From Glaucostegus cemiculus (taxonomy: Eukaryota): a stretch of 64,000 bases of DNA. Made by a program: the position numbers and the translations under genes. Below the pieces are notes generated by a model. It was not told where the DNA came from and did no database searches. It saw nothing but the letters and a program-made list of their open reading frames with translations. Shown here piece by piece: positions 14,038 to 26,589 of the stretch. The stretch is taken from the NCBI GenBank assembly GCA_976551045.1, contig CDPCPM010000091.1, positions 9,858,001 to 9,922,000 on the forward strand, read 5' to 3'. How positions within the stretch are numbered: the stretch's first letter is position 1; each line of letters opens with the position of its first letter.

Positions 14038-14399
14038 AAACTTTGGGGAGCACTTAAGGCTGGAAGAGAGAGTCCTCATCCTCAAAGGGCAGGTGTCACA
14101 CACTGTCAGAGCCTAGGAATGTCAGTGCCATGCACATTTCTCATGTCCACACCTCGTCGACCCATCCTGTTGTGAATTCTTTGATAAACATACTTTAATC
14201 AGCATGTGTTTCAGTCATTCCTCCAGTAGCACCATTCTCAGCATTTAGTTCTGCTCCTCATTTGTGATTGATCATTGCAGAACAACCTGAGATGTTCTTC
14301 GTTTGCCTCCCAACAATCCCCAACTCCCCACTACAACTTCAACCATCGGAACAAGAGGGTGAAGAGGGGCAAGGTGAGGAGGACGATGATAAAGAACTG

Positions 14400-14576
14400 T
14401 GGGGTCCAGTCACTGAGTATATTCAAGACACTGGCAGAGTTTTGGACGTTACGGGAATCAAGGGGTATTGGAGTTAGTGCAGGAAAGTGTCACTGAGGCA
14501 AAATATCTGGTATAGACTGATTAAATGGCAGAACAGGCATGAGGGGACAAATGGCCTACTGTTTCTCATGTTCTTA
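14400..14576 (+). mobile_element. CR1 3' tail fragment
   Basis: gtatattcaagac...ggaatcaaggggtattgg (GIKGY end of ORF2) followed by 3' UTR. Confidence 0.7.
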
Positions 14577-15013
14577 CAACACTGTTGTACCTAAAGCCAC
14601 TCAACGCCACTTCAAATACTGGGATCAGGAGGGAAAAATAATAAAACAGGTTGGACTGACATGTGGCAAGGTGAGAGACACCTGGTACCATGGTGTGGGG
14701 GCTCATTGGACCGGATGCTCTCCACACGTTGGGACTGCATTGACAAATTTGGATGGAAACTCTGACTGGTAGGCATCAATGAAAAGGCTGGTGTGGATGG
14801 AGAATACAGTCAGGGCTTCCAGATCAAATGTAGAAGACGCGATGAATTCATCTCCCCAGAATTCACAGGAGGCCCGATGAGCCAGAAGGTGACCTCCTTT
14901 ACTCTGGAGGGAGACATATTATTATGTGTGAGGAATTGGTGACAATTCCGTTGGCTTCCGGCAAGATTTCATCTTCATTACTGTGTGAGAAAAACAACAT
15001 TTTTCTTTTCAGT

Positions 15014-15212
15014 GACACATGAGACTGCAGATGCTGGAACTGGAGAAACAAACAATCTGCTGGAGGAACACAAAGGTTCAAGCAGCATCTGGGAGAAGAA
15101 TGGAATTGTTGATGCTTCAGGTCGAAAGGGTTTTGACCCAAAACGTCGACAATTCCTTTCCTTCCGTAGATGCTGCTCAACCTGCTGAGTTCCTCTGAAA
15201 GATTATTTGCTC
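15014..15212. mobile_element. Penelope-derived fold-back element
   Basis: Terminal-repeat arm (gagactgcagatgctgg..gcagcatc..ggaattgttga) followed by its inverted copy (aaaacgtcgacaattcc..gatgctgc..ctgagttcctc). Confidence 0.8.
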
Positions 15213-15622
15213 TTCTTATTGGCACTTTTTGTGAGAGTATTTATAAAGTTACAATAGAATGTGCAATCAGGCTAGAGATAAAGGTTGTTCATAGAGATGT
15301 GCTTGATGTTTTCAAGAAAATTATCTGCCCATTAGATTATCCCTGATACTGTCACCTCCTTTTAAGGAACACCCATGATTATTTCTGGTGGCAAATCCTC
15401 TTGTTCTCTTTGCTCTTGCTCCTCTGGTTTATCCTTACTCTCTCCCCTGGTTTCCCCTTGGTGCGGTGCCTCCTCCCCTGGCGGTATTGTCTCAGGAATA
15501 GGGTGAGTTCTTCTGGTGGACTGGAGCGTACAGTATTCAAAGTGGAAAGTGTTCACTATAGTTGAACTGGGTTCCTACAGTCAGCAGAATACTTTAAAAG
15601 GCAATATCATTCAGCACTGGTT

Positions 15623-16550
15623 ATAGAGTCATTAAGCTCAGAAGTGAGTCCTTCAGCCTAACTGGTCCATGCCAACCAAGATTCCCAACTAAAATAGTCT
15701 CACTTGCCCTCATTTGGCCCATATCACTCCAAACCTTTCCAATCCATGTACTTGTCCAAGTACCTTCTAAATGTTGTTATGGTGCCTGCCTCAACCCCTT
15801 CCTCTGGCAGCTCATTCCATATATTGACCATTCTCTGAGCGAAACAGTTGCACCTCCGATTCCTATTAAATCTCTCCACTCTTACCTTAAACCTATGCCC
15901 TCTAGTTCTTGATTCCCCAGTCCTGGAAAAGAGATTGTGCTCATTCACCCTATCTATGCCTCTAATAATTTTATACACTTCTATAAGATCACCCCTCATT
16001 CTCCTCTGCTCCAGTGAAATAGTCTCAACCTGCTTAATCTCTCTGTATTACTCAGTCCCTCAAGTCCTGACCACATCCTTGTAAATCTCTTCTGCACTCT
16101 TGTCAACTTAATGGCATCTTTCCTATAGCAGGGTGACCAAAATTGAACACAATATTCTAAATGAGGCCTCACCAACATCTTGTACAACTGCAACATAACA
16201 TCCCACCTTCTATACTCAGTGCCCTGACTGATGAAGGCCAGCATGCCGAAAACTTTCTTTACCACTCTGGCTACCTGCAACACCACATTCAGGGAGCCAT
16301 CTCTGTTCTGTAATGCTCCCAGGGCCCTACCGGTCACTGTGAAAGTTCTACTCACATCTGTCTTCCCAATATACAACACCTCGCACTTATCCTACTTAAC
16401 TTCCATTTGCCATTCCTCAGCCCACTTCCCCAGCTGATCGAAATCCCTCTGTGAATCCTGATAACGATCTTTGCTGTCAGGGACACCGCCTATTTTAGTG
16501 TGATCTGCAAACTTACTAACCATGCCTTGTACATTCTCATCCATATCATC
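15623..16550 (-). mobile_element. CR1 LINE 3' fragment
   Basis: ORFs with LYKMLVRPHLEYCVQFWSP and MRGDLIEVYKI..TRGHRFKV. Confidence 0.92.
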
Positions 16551-16559
16551 AATTTTCAT

Positions 16560-16806
16560 CCAAATGTGAAGTAAGGGGTAAGTTGTTTACACAGTGAGTG
16601 GTGGGTGCGGGGAACGCACTGCCAGCAGAGGTTGTGGGAGCAGATGCATTAGGGACACTTAAGAGACTCTTAGATAGCCACATGAATGATAGCAAAATTG
16701 AGGGTTATGTGGGAGGGAAAGGTTAGATGGATATTAGAGCAGGATAAATGTCAGTACAACGTCGTGGGCCGAAAGGCCTGTACTGTGCTGTGATGTTTTA
16801 TGTTCT
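16560..16806 (+). mobile_element. CR1 LINE short 3' fragment
   Basis: Matches 29970-30205; ends gggccgaaaggcctgtactgtgctg..tgttcta. Confidence 0.85.
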
Positions 16807-17408
16807 AAATCTGCCCTGGCTTTCATTGTAACACTGGTCATCAGGCATAGATGGTGAACATTTCATTTGTCAGGAGGTACAAGAGTAGCCTACATTGTCA
16901 TCTGGTATCCAGGCTCATAGTGTCTGCTAAAGATGTGGACTGCTTTGAAATGAAGGAGTCATATGAGCTTCCAGGCTACATGAAAAAGTTGCAGTCATGA
17001 TCTGGATAAGTAGCTCAATAGATTCATGGAGATCTCCAAGGATGCCTGGATCATCAAATGACTGCAGTTGATAGCAGCCTGCATTTTGGAGAAGCTGGGT
17101 ATTCCTATGTGTACACTGCCACATCCTCCGCACTGACAGAAAAGTAGAAGTTCTCTCTTGACAACAGAACGACAATTACTTCCCTGAAGGTACAGTGTGT
17201 TTTTGACTGTGAACTATTGGCAGATATCTATGCAGGTGACCTGGAATGATCCTGAGACTGGGAGATTGAGAGGCAACATGACCTTGAACTCCACAGGCAA
17301 AGCAATCTAAGTATATGTGCTGGAGACACATATGGCTGGAGGTCCCTATGCAGAATATCACCAATCTAAGTGCACTGCCTTTGAATACCTGAGATGAAAA
17401 CGACATTG

Positions 17409-17632
17409 GAGATACAAGAAACTGCAGATGCTGGAACATGGAGCTACAAACAATCTGCTGGAGGAACTCAGCAGGTCAAGCAGCATCAGTGGGAGAAAAG
17501 TAATTGTCAATGTTTCAGGCTGAAACCCTGCCTGAGGAGATGTAGGGTTTCGACCTGAAACATCAACAATTCCTTTCCTCCCACTGATGCTGCTTGACCT
17601 GCTGAGTTCCTCCAGCAGATTATTTGTTGCAC
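17409..17632. mobile_element. Penelope-derived fold-back element with 44-bp perfect inverted arms
   Basis: 17452-17495 is the exact reverse complement of 17578-17621. Confidence 0.88.
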
Positions 17633-20036
17633 TGAAATCACAATTCTTTTCTTAGAGGTTCCAGTTGGTATGTGTGGCCCTATAGGGTCTATAGCATTGG
17701 CAGCTTTGAACGTGTGTGCACCTGTGCCTCCTCTCTCAGGGTCCATGATCCACCCTTAAGCGACGTGACTCTTGGCTTGGAACTCCCATTGAAAAAGCAC
17801 CAGTGGTAATATCATGGCAGCATCCATCTCCACGGTGATTATGAGCACTTCTGGGGCTGTCATAACTGCCTCTGTCAAATGGCACTCACTGCCTGGACCT
17901 GGGCTTGCCAATTTATGCAGTGAGAACTGAAAACCTGGCTTTCCTGAGGAGTAATGTCATCAAGCACCTGTCTTAAGATGAAAACACTTAACACACGCCA
18001 GTAAGGGTTCTGACTGCAGAGCCTAGCTGGATTTCTAGAACAGCACAAAGACACCTGGAATCTTTTGAAAGAGCATTCCACTCTGGGTAGAAACAATTTT
18101 CCATTGCATAGCAATGAAAAAAAAATGCTATCCATTTACTATGCACTGATATCTATTTTCAAAAGGTATGTCTTACGTACCATTTTGGCATACATTTTAA
18201 TCATTAAAGATGTTGAAACATGAGTAATTAAATATATAGCAAGAGCAATGTATAAAACAAATTCCCCTAAGTTACATCTTACACAGAATAATAGAGGAAA
18301 CCGTTGAATTCAATTCTGAAAGAATAAGACAAGATTATTTATTTTAGATTTAAATAGAGCAGGGGAAAATGTGTAATTTTATGTTTTAAGTCTAAGAAAT
18401 ATAAATGGTATTTGAAACATCATTTCTCACTGTTGATAATCCCTTTCACTTTAAGTATAATACTTCTAGGATCTTCTTGTCTGACTGATTTTTGTGTATT
18501 ATCTCACTTGTAAATCTATGTGACTATTAGTTGTGGAGACAATAGGAGGAAATGTTCGAACCCTGTGTGATTTCCAGAGGACTATTCTGCATTACAAGGG
18601 TAATTGCTAATACTGAACACATACCTTAGGCAAACCAGGCACACAGGCCAGATATTAACCGATTTTGGAGGCATCAGCTTTTACACCTATGCCAGGTTAG
18701 CTTAGTGGAAAGAGCATTTGGGACAGAAGAGGTTCCATAAGGAAAATTTAGGGCTCTCCTGACTCTAATTCTTCTAAATTGTGCTGCTTCCCAAAACACC
18801 TTTAAGACCCAGGCAGGTAGTTATTTTTCTTTTCCCACGAGTGTTCATTCCTGAGGACACTTGGGAGTGGAAAACCAGGGGCAGGAGGCCATCACCTGAG
18901 GAGCAAAGGAGAGATTCCAACACCAATTAATCACGAGAAGGGCAGTGAAAACCAATTTTTCCAACTCAAAATCTCTCCCAATGAGAAGTAAACTTTTGAA
19001 TGTCCTTAAAAACAGGAATCATTTCCACAGATCTCAGCAGACAATCTGTCCCTTTCAATAACCCAGCCATCAGATAGAAACTGTACTGGAAATTATGTAG
19101 CTCTCTCTTTATCTTTTGGAGATTTCAATTCTCTGTCAGCATTGATGTCAAGAGATGAGACTGAAACTGGGAGGTCTGAGATGCCCGGCTTTAACAGCTA
19201 ACTTACAGTGTCAAATCTGTCAAAAACCAAAATCTGAATGGAGTGAAACCTCTTGGTTAGTTATTATGATAGTTACCTGGTAGAGTTGATTCAGTAAGCT
19301 GAATCACACTATCATTGTATCAGAGTTGCCAGTTTATAAGTGAGATGATCACAAACATAACATAGAGACCGGCTCATTTCCATAGCTTAACGGGATTCCC
19401 AATTTACAGCTTAGGAAACTTTGGAAATACCCCAAGGGGCTGCATGAGAGAAAGATTTCTGGTTTCAGCAAGTCTTAAAACTGGAAATGTCATTAAGGAC
19501 CACAAACTGACTGTGAGCAAAATAGTTCCACTCAGTGATAAGTCACTGGAAGTGCTGCACAGGGGTCCTGCATTGAAGGGTGATCCAGTGTGGAGGATGG
19601 GCCACTCAGTAACAAGAAGGTCAGTTGTGGATAAGTGACATAGATGAGTCTTACCTGTGATTTCAATCTCCAAAGAGCAGAAGAAGAAATTTTCTATGTA
19701 AGTATGCATACCACATTTACTTAATTAGTTGTTTTGACATTTTTATTTATGAGACCTCAGAGTACACTTGGTTTTGCTTCACAGAGGGAAAGATTTACTT
19801 TCCCAACCTCTGATCTCTGTAAGCATACAGGCATGTTAATTGACTCCTGCTTAAAGAGTACAGTAGGTCCGTTTACATCATTAAGTGGGTCTAGTATCAA
19901 ATGCCAACTACCCTCTCACACTGTCATCTGCCATGCTGTGAGACGTGGGCCGATGAAGGAGCCACTGATCACAGCATGCAGCTCAGATGTGATTTGTACA
20001 AAAAGTCCAAGAAATGAATTAAAAACACAAAGTGTG

Positions 20037-20440
20037 ACCTGGTGGCAGAACAATTAGTGTTTCTGCATCACAGCTCCAAGGACCCAGGTTAGATCCTCAC
20101 TTTAGGTGCTGTCTGTGCAGAGTTTGCACGATCCCCGGTGACCATCTCGTATCCTCCCACAGCCCAAACATGTGCTGGTAGGTTAATTAATTAGCTGATT
20201 GTTAATTACCACTGTGTTAAAGTTAATGGCAAAAAGAATCAATTGGTAATTGAACATATCTGCTGAGAGAAGCTTGCAATGAGTCACCGCACTCCAGAGG
20301 AGTTGATGGGCATATGTGAGAGGGAATAAGCTGCAGGAATACAAAGAAACAAGAAGAGTGGGAACAGAACTGATGGGATTGCTTCCCTGGGAGCTGGCAT
20401 GGACGCAATGGGCCAAATGGTCTCCTTCTGTGTCATGATT
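20037..20440 (+). mobile_element. Older V-SINE with long CR1-type tail
   Basis: Degenerate tRNA head (ggttagatcc), gtttgcacg..cctcccacagcccaaa, tail atgggccaaatggtctccttctgtg. Confidence 0.7.
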
Positions 20441-20464
20441 AACATAACACCAGGTAAGATAAAG

Positions 20465-21170
20465 ATGATGGCAGGTAATTAACAGTGTTGATGTGCAGAG
20501 GGATTTTGGAGTCCAAGTCGACAGCTCCCTGAAATTGGCCACACAGGTTGATAGGGTGGTAAAGAAGGCGTGTGGCATGCTCGAGTTCAAGAGTAGGGAA
20601 GTTATATTGCAACTTTATAAAACTCTCGCTAGGCTGCATCTGGAGTATTGCATTCGATTCTGGTCGCCCCCATCATAGGAAGGATGTGGAGGCTTTGGAG
20701 AGGGTGCAGAAGAGGTTCACCGGGATCTTGCTTGGATTACAGGACATTTGCTATAAGGAGAACTTGGACAAACTTGGTTTGTTTTCTCTGCAGTGGCGGA
20801 GGCTGAGGGGAGATCTGATAGAGGCTTATAAGATCATGAGAAGTAAAGAGTAGACAGCCAATATCTTTTTCCCAGGGTTGAGATGCTTAATGCCAGAGGG
20901 CATACGTTTACGGTGAGAAGGGGTAAATTCAAAGGAGATGTGCAGGGCAAGTTTTTTTCACGCAGAGAGTGGTGGGTGCCTGGAATGCACTGCCAGGGGT
21001 GACGGTGGAAGCAAATATGATAGAGGCATCCAAGAGGCTCTTAGATGGAAGGATACGGATATTGGGAAGGCAGAAGGGTTTAGGCAGGCATTTAATTACT
21101 AGTTTAATTAGTTCAGCACAACACTGTGGGCCAAAGGACCTGGTCCTTTGCTGTACCATTCTATGTTCTG
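20465..21170 (+). mobile_element. CR1 LINE 3' fragment
   Basis: QRDFGVQVDSSLK..LYKTLARLHLEYC, LERVQKRFT, RRLRGDLIE; ctatgttct tail. Confidence 0.92.
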
Positions 21171-22989
21171 TAAGGGATAATAAACTAACCACTTATCTGC
21201 AGCCTGCAACAGCAACCCCATTCAAATGAACGGGGTCATGATACATCCACCAGCCATGGTGAATGTAGCATGGCCCCTCAGCACTTCATTGTACTTTGCT
21301 GCTGGGTTTGTTGGGAGACAGAGTGACAGGCAGAAGGTTTGATGCACTGGTATCTCTCCTCTCATGGGTCTCTAACTTCCACAGGGAGCTTCCAGCAGAA
21401 GCTATGTACATCTAGATCCAAATATATATCTAATAAATAAAGTGGACCTAATCTGCAAGAGATGTTACTGCACTGCCAAGGCTATTCTTCCACAACTTTC
21501 TGCTTCCACTCCCTTAGCCAATTTTATATTCATGCCACCACTGTCTCATTTATCCTGTGGGATTCAATTCTGCTGACAGAGCTGTTTTGTGGTACTTAAT
21601 CAAGAACGGTTTGAAAGTCCATATACACAGCACCAACCACACTACCCTCATCTACCCTTGTTCACAAATTGCAAGGTGCTTCTGGTTCTGGAACTGTTAA
21701 TGTCAAATCTGTTCAAATCTGCTTGTGGGAGATGGCTGGATAAATCAGGAAACCACAATTGGAGAGGAGATAAGTAGATGGGGAGGAGTAGTGGGGAGTT
21801 GTAGGCAGTTAAGCCCTATTCTAATGACTTATCAGTTACAGGAAAGGCTTTCCACATAATATAAATATTGAGCTGATACTCTAAACATAAGAAAATATAT
21901 ACACAATTAGACCCAGGGGAACCAAACAGATGTGTCACATACTCAGATTATTATTTTTTCCTTCTTATCTTACAATGTAAAGACTTCTGATTGATATTAA
22001 TAACAGAACAGGGACTGAAGACGGTCACATGGAAATCCTATACACCACATAGGGCACAGGAAGAGGAAGTCATGTGGTGCTAGGTAAAAATCATTTAGAA
22101 GCACAAGCATGACTTGTGATTTTCCCCATATGTTATCCAAGCTCACTCATGGGATTGAAGGAACGATAAAGTAATTTATTTACAAGATTCTACCATCTTG
22201 AAACATGACCAACCAAACATAATGCTTCTATGATGGGTGTCTGGTACAAATTAAAAGAGAGTATACCAATAAATTAGGCATTTACAATACCTCTTCCTCA
22301 TGTTTGATGACCTTAATTCAGTAACCATGGCCAAACTCAGCACGTGTTCGCAGTGTATAATCAGTCAATATTCAGAAAAACTGGGAGGACATCTTTAACT
22401 GGGGATTTTTTATTTACGTTATGTAATTTTTTTAGCATTTGAAATTATTAGACTTTTTGCATATCTATATGAATAAAGGCGTTAGGCGTCATGGCTGATG
22501 CATATACCTGGAAATCTTGAGTGGCAAACCAGCTGCCACTTGTCCAGTAAAAAGGAAAGCCAACTGGGGTAGTTCATGTTACAGGTTGAATAAGTGCTCT
22601 TCAGTCAATACTGACAAACTGGGTAACTTCTAACGGCACTAGTAGGCGTGTTTACTTATTAATTACAGGCAAGAGCTACATATGGGGAATTAATCAGTTA
22701 CTGATTTATTACTTGCCAACTACAAGTTGAGATGACTAATTTTGAAAATAGCCAGGGAATTTAGAAATTCTGATGTTTGAAAGATGCAAAATACTTCAGA
22801 AAAACTAACTGGGAAATGTTTCAATACCAATAAGCTATTTATTGATTAAAAGTGGCAGCCACTTCCTATTTTATTGCATTTGTTCATCTATTGATGCCAA
22901 AGTCAGCAAGGCCACATGCAATGCTGTCCCAGCTACGCTGAAAAGGTATAAGGAAAGCTCTCTTTGTACCCCGTCTTCTCAGACAGTCC

Positions 22990-25330
22990 CTCATGATCAA
23001 GGATGACATGCTTCCATTCCAGTGTTGTTGGTCTGGGCTGGGGGCTGATGATGCCCGTAAGGGATGTGCAGCCTTTGCCACAGATGGGATAGGATATGCT
23101 TGAGGAAGTGGGTGGATGGGTAGTTTAGGCAGTAGTTCACCCCTTCTGCTGTTGATGCTGGACTTCTCCCTGCACCAAGGGGAGTTGAGGGCTTAATCCC
23201 AACCTGAATGTGCCTTCCCCATTCTGAGCAATCATGGGCCGGGGATTGCCACTAGTCAGTAGGGATATTATACCTTTTCCCAAGATTCAAGATTCAAGAC
23301 TTACTTTATTGTCATTTCTATGAGTATATACACAAAAAAACGAAATACTGTTTCTCACCAGCTCATGTCAGTGCAGCAAAAGAACAGTGATAAATATCTA
23401 AAATAGTTTAAAAACATCTCTAAAAACAAAACTAAAAACATAACCACACCACATATTCATATCTGTTTAAAGTGCATCTATGTATTAATAAGTGCTTATA
23501 CAGTTCGCGATGAAGTTCAATTTATCATGTAACTACCTATCAAACTGTTTCTGAATTGATGTGAGTATGTACGTGTGTGTGGAGGGAGAGTTTGTCGGTG
23601 GAAGTGGAAGGGGATACATTCCATTTATGATCCTGACTGCTCGTGGGAAAAAGCTGTTCAGCATCCTACTATATTTAGAACAGCTGCTCCAATACCTCTT
23701 CCCCAATGGCAGGAGGGAAAACAGGTCGTGAGAAGGATGATGAAAGTCTTTAATAATGGCCACCTCTCTGCGAATGCAGCGTTGTTGATAGATCTCCCTC
23801 AAAAAGGGGAGAGGGGCACCGATGATCCTGCTAGCTGTCTTCACCATCCTATTGAGCTGCTGTTGTTTCCAAGGAAAGTTTGAGAATCTTGAACCTGTTC
23901 CTCTGTACATCTGGTAATTTCTTGTTATGACTGAAGTCAGGATAGGTTGCTTGGTTAGGTGTCCTGGTGTTGGGTGTGCAAAGCACATGGACTGCCCAAT
24001 GCAGCCCAATTAGGATCTCAGTGCTTGCCATGTTGGCCTGGGAGGGAATATTGATGTTGGTGTACTTATCCTGCCAGTCAATTTGGAGGATTTTGTAGTG
24101 ACCATGTTAATGGTATCTCTCCGGTGCTTTGAGCTGCTTGCTGAAGCCTGTTCATATCTCTAAAGCATATAAGAGGGCAAGGTTCACTGCTGTCAGTAGA
24201 CCATGAATTTTGTGCCAAGTTGGAGAGTTTAATCTTCAAACATTCTTTTCCTCAGGTGACCCAGGGATTTGCTGGTGCACTGAAGGCATTGTGAAAGACA
24301 TCACTAATATTTGCCTTCAATGAGAGGCGTCTCCTGAGAAAGGGGAGATCGTCTACTTTACCAGGGTCTTGTCATTGTTGAGGGTGGAGTCTTGCAACAC
24401 AGGCAGGTTGGCACAGGACCCTTGTTTAGTGGATGTTTAGTGCGAAGTGCATTCTCCTGAATACTTCAGTACACAAGTTGATGTTGACTTTAAGTTTGCA
24501 AGCATCAACTCCATACAGCTGCTCAATGAGTGAGTTTGGAGAAACTATGATTCTGGAATGGAGGTGACATTGGTTGAGCAGTACTGTCACAGAGGTTAAC
24601 TCCACTTGTTAGTAGGTGTTGTGCAGCATTACTGCAAGAATGGTTAGGAAAAATGTTGGAATGGTGACACAGCCTTGCTTGACACCATTGGTTAAGGTCA
24701 GGATTTGTATGCCAACATGTAGCAGATATAAGATGTAAATTTTCTACATAATGTAAAATTTGAGAAGTAAGCTTTTGAGTAATGGACTCAAAGTCTTTAA
24801 TGAAGTTAAAAGGTCATCTAAATGCCTGCAATGATTCCAGTAATTCCCTTGGAAATGACACATGGTGAAGATTATGTCCATTGTACCTCTAGTGAGACAG
24901 AATCCATGCTATGATTCAAGGAAAACTCCTCAATCACCTTTCTTGAAGAAGATCACTCTCCTCTCCCCAATCCTATGGTGTTGAGATTGTGAACTTATGA
25001 CTGAAGTTCCTTCCTCCCAAGTTTTAGAACTTCAGAGGTACTAATCCCAAGACCTTGCTTTTCAGTCGGCAGTGGTCTTTTTGTTGTTGGACCAGGGTGG
25101 GGCATGACAGGGCGGTTGGCTGTGGGATGGAGTCAAGCAGATTCATACCAAGAACAACGTTATGGATTTTTTTGAAGTGCTGCTTCCAGTAAGCACCAAA
25201 GTAATCTCTGTTCCTCTTAAGCTGCAGAACTTGTTGTGAAACAAGCTCCACAGTTGTGTAGATATGGAGTTCCAGCTACAGATTCAGTGCTGATGAAGGA
25301 ATGGCATTAACAGACAGATGTTGTATGTAT
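22990..25330 (-). mobile_element. Degenerate RTE (BovB-like) LINE, interrupted by a Rex-Babar copy
   Basis: ORF 23849-24031(-) LHWAVHVLCTPNTRTPNQATY..QRNRFK resembles RTE LRWAGHV.RM...RLPK...GGQRKRFK; 3' end similar to 26590-26700. Confidence 0.75.
23281..23868 (-). mobile_element. Rex-Babar LINE 3' fragment
   Basis: QQLNRMVKTASRIIG..HHPSHDLFSLLPLGKRY..NSFFPRAVR; (TCTTGAA)n tail. Confidence 0.88.
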
Positions 25331-25512
25331 CGCTGGTGTTCTTGTGACACTACAACACTTGTCCTTCTCTCTCCTAGAGGTCATAAAGGAAGGACAAGCA
25401 CACTCCGAAATGAATTCATTGATCTTTGGATATTGACAGTTCAAACAAGATATCTCTATTTGCAGTGGCCTGTTTCCTTTGAAAAACAGAATGTTTTTTC
25501 TTGACAATTTGG

Positions 25513-26445
25513 AGATTGGGGGAGGAGTGGAGAGTATTAAGGAGACAGGAAAGGTACAGAGAGACTTGGATATTCTAGGAGAATGGGCGAAGAAATGGCA
25601 GATGAGGTTCAACGTGGAAAAATGTGCAGTTGTACACTTCGGAAGTAGAAATGGAAGGGCAGACTATTATCTAGAAGGAGATAAAATTGGAAGCACAGAA
25701 GTACAAAGGGACTTAGGGGTGCTCGTACAGGATAACCTAAAGGTTAACCGCCAGGTTGGATCGGCAGTAAGGAAAGCGAATGCTATGTTGGCATTTATTT
25801 CGAGGGGTATAGTATATAAAAGCAAGGAAGTGTTGATGAGGCTATACGGGGCACTGGTGAGGCCTCACTTGGAGTACTGTGTGCAGTTTTGGGCCCCATA
25901 CCTTAGGAAGGATGTGCTGATGTTGGAGAGGGTTCAGAGGAGATTTACTAGGATGATTCCTGGGATGAAAAAGTTTACATATGACGAGCGACTGTCGTCA
26001 CTTGGACTGTACTCGTTGGAGTACAGAAGAATGAGAGGGGACCTAATAGAAACGTACAGGATGTTGAAAGGAATGGACCAAGTGAATGTGGTCAAGCTGT
26101 TTCCCTTGGTGGGGGAATCCAGGACTAGAGGACACAAACTTAGAATTAGAAGAAGCAGGTTCAAAACAGAGATAAGGAGGAATTTCTTTAGCCAGAGGGT
26201 GGTGAACCTGTGGAACTCCTTACCACAGAAAGCAGTGGAAGCCAGATCATTGGGGATATTCAAGAAGGAAATAGATAGATATCTAATTGGTCAAGGTATC
26301 AAGGGATATGGAGATAAGGCAGGGATTTGGACTTAGAATAGTAGGGTGGTTTTTTTTTCCCACCCTCCCTTCCCTTTGGAGCAGACTCGATGGGCCGACT
26401 GGCCTGCTTCTGCTCCATTATCTTATGATCTTGTGTGATCTTGTG
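25513..26445 (+). mobile_element. Young 5'-truncated CR1 LINE with uninterrupted ORF2 C-terminus
   Basis: 285-aa ORF 25479-26336 (WQMRFNVEKC, VRPHLEYCVQFW, GDLIETY, TRGH, FFSQRVVNLWNSLP); flanked by aatttgg direct repeat at 25506-25512 and 26446-26452. Confidence 0.95.
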
Positions 26446-26589
26446 AATTTGGCAACTTTAATTGTCCTCAAAGATTAGTGTTCTGGTTGTAATTACAGAA
26501 AGTGTACAACTTACCATGGGGACATTTGAATTTTATGACATATGGTTTGCAAGTCACATATCTTAACCTTTTTCCTCTTCTTCTTCATT

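Larger units (their letters stand above)
15330..17900 (-). mobile_element. PIF/Harbinger (HARBI1-like) transposase fossil, split by two CR1s and a Penelope fold-back
   Basis: Collinear minus-strand motifs: LPVEFKV..LN..SGSFQ..DIC (about 17210-17300), PGSSYDSFISKQS (about 16935-16975), W..DD..GY (about 16880-16910), acidic EEQEQREQED tail (15362-15556). Confidence 0.7.

Noticed and set aside
17531-17564. Intact hammerhead from CTGAGGA...GAAAC
   Set aside because: CTGAGGA arises at the fold-back junction, out of register with stem II, and helix III reads ACAUC.
19404-19709. Overlapping ORFs as a host exon
   Set aside because: No recognisable domain and no consistent splice or frame structure.
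25479-26336. Longest ORF (285 aa) as a host gene
   Set aside because: It is the CR1 ORF2 C-terminus, truncated at the RT active site, and starts at a non-ATG codon in flanking DNA.
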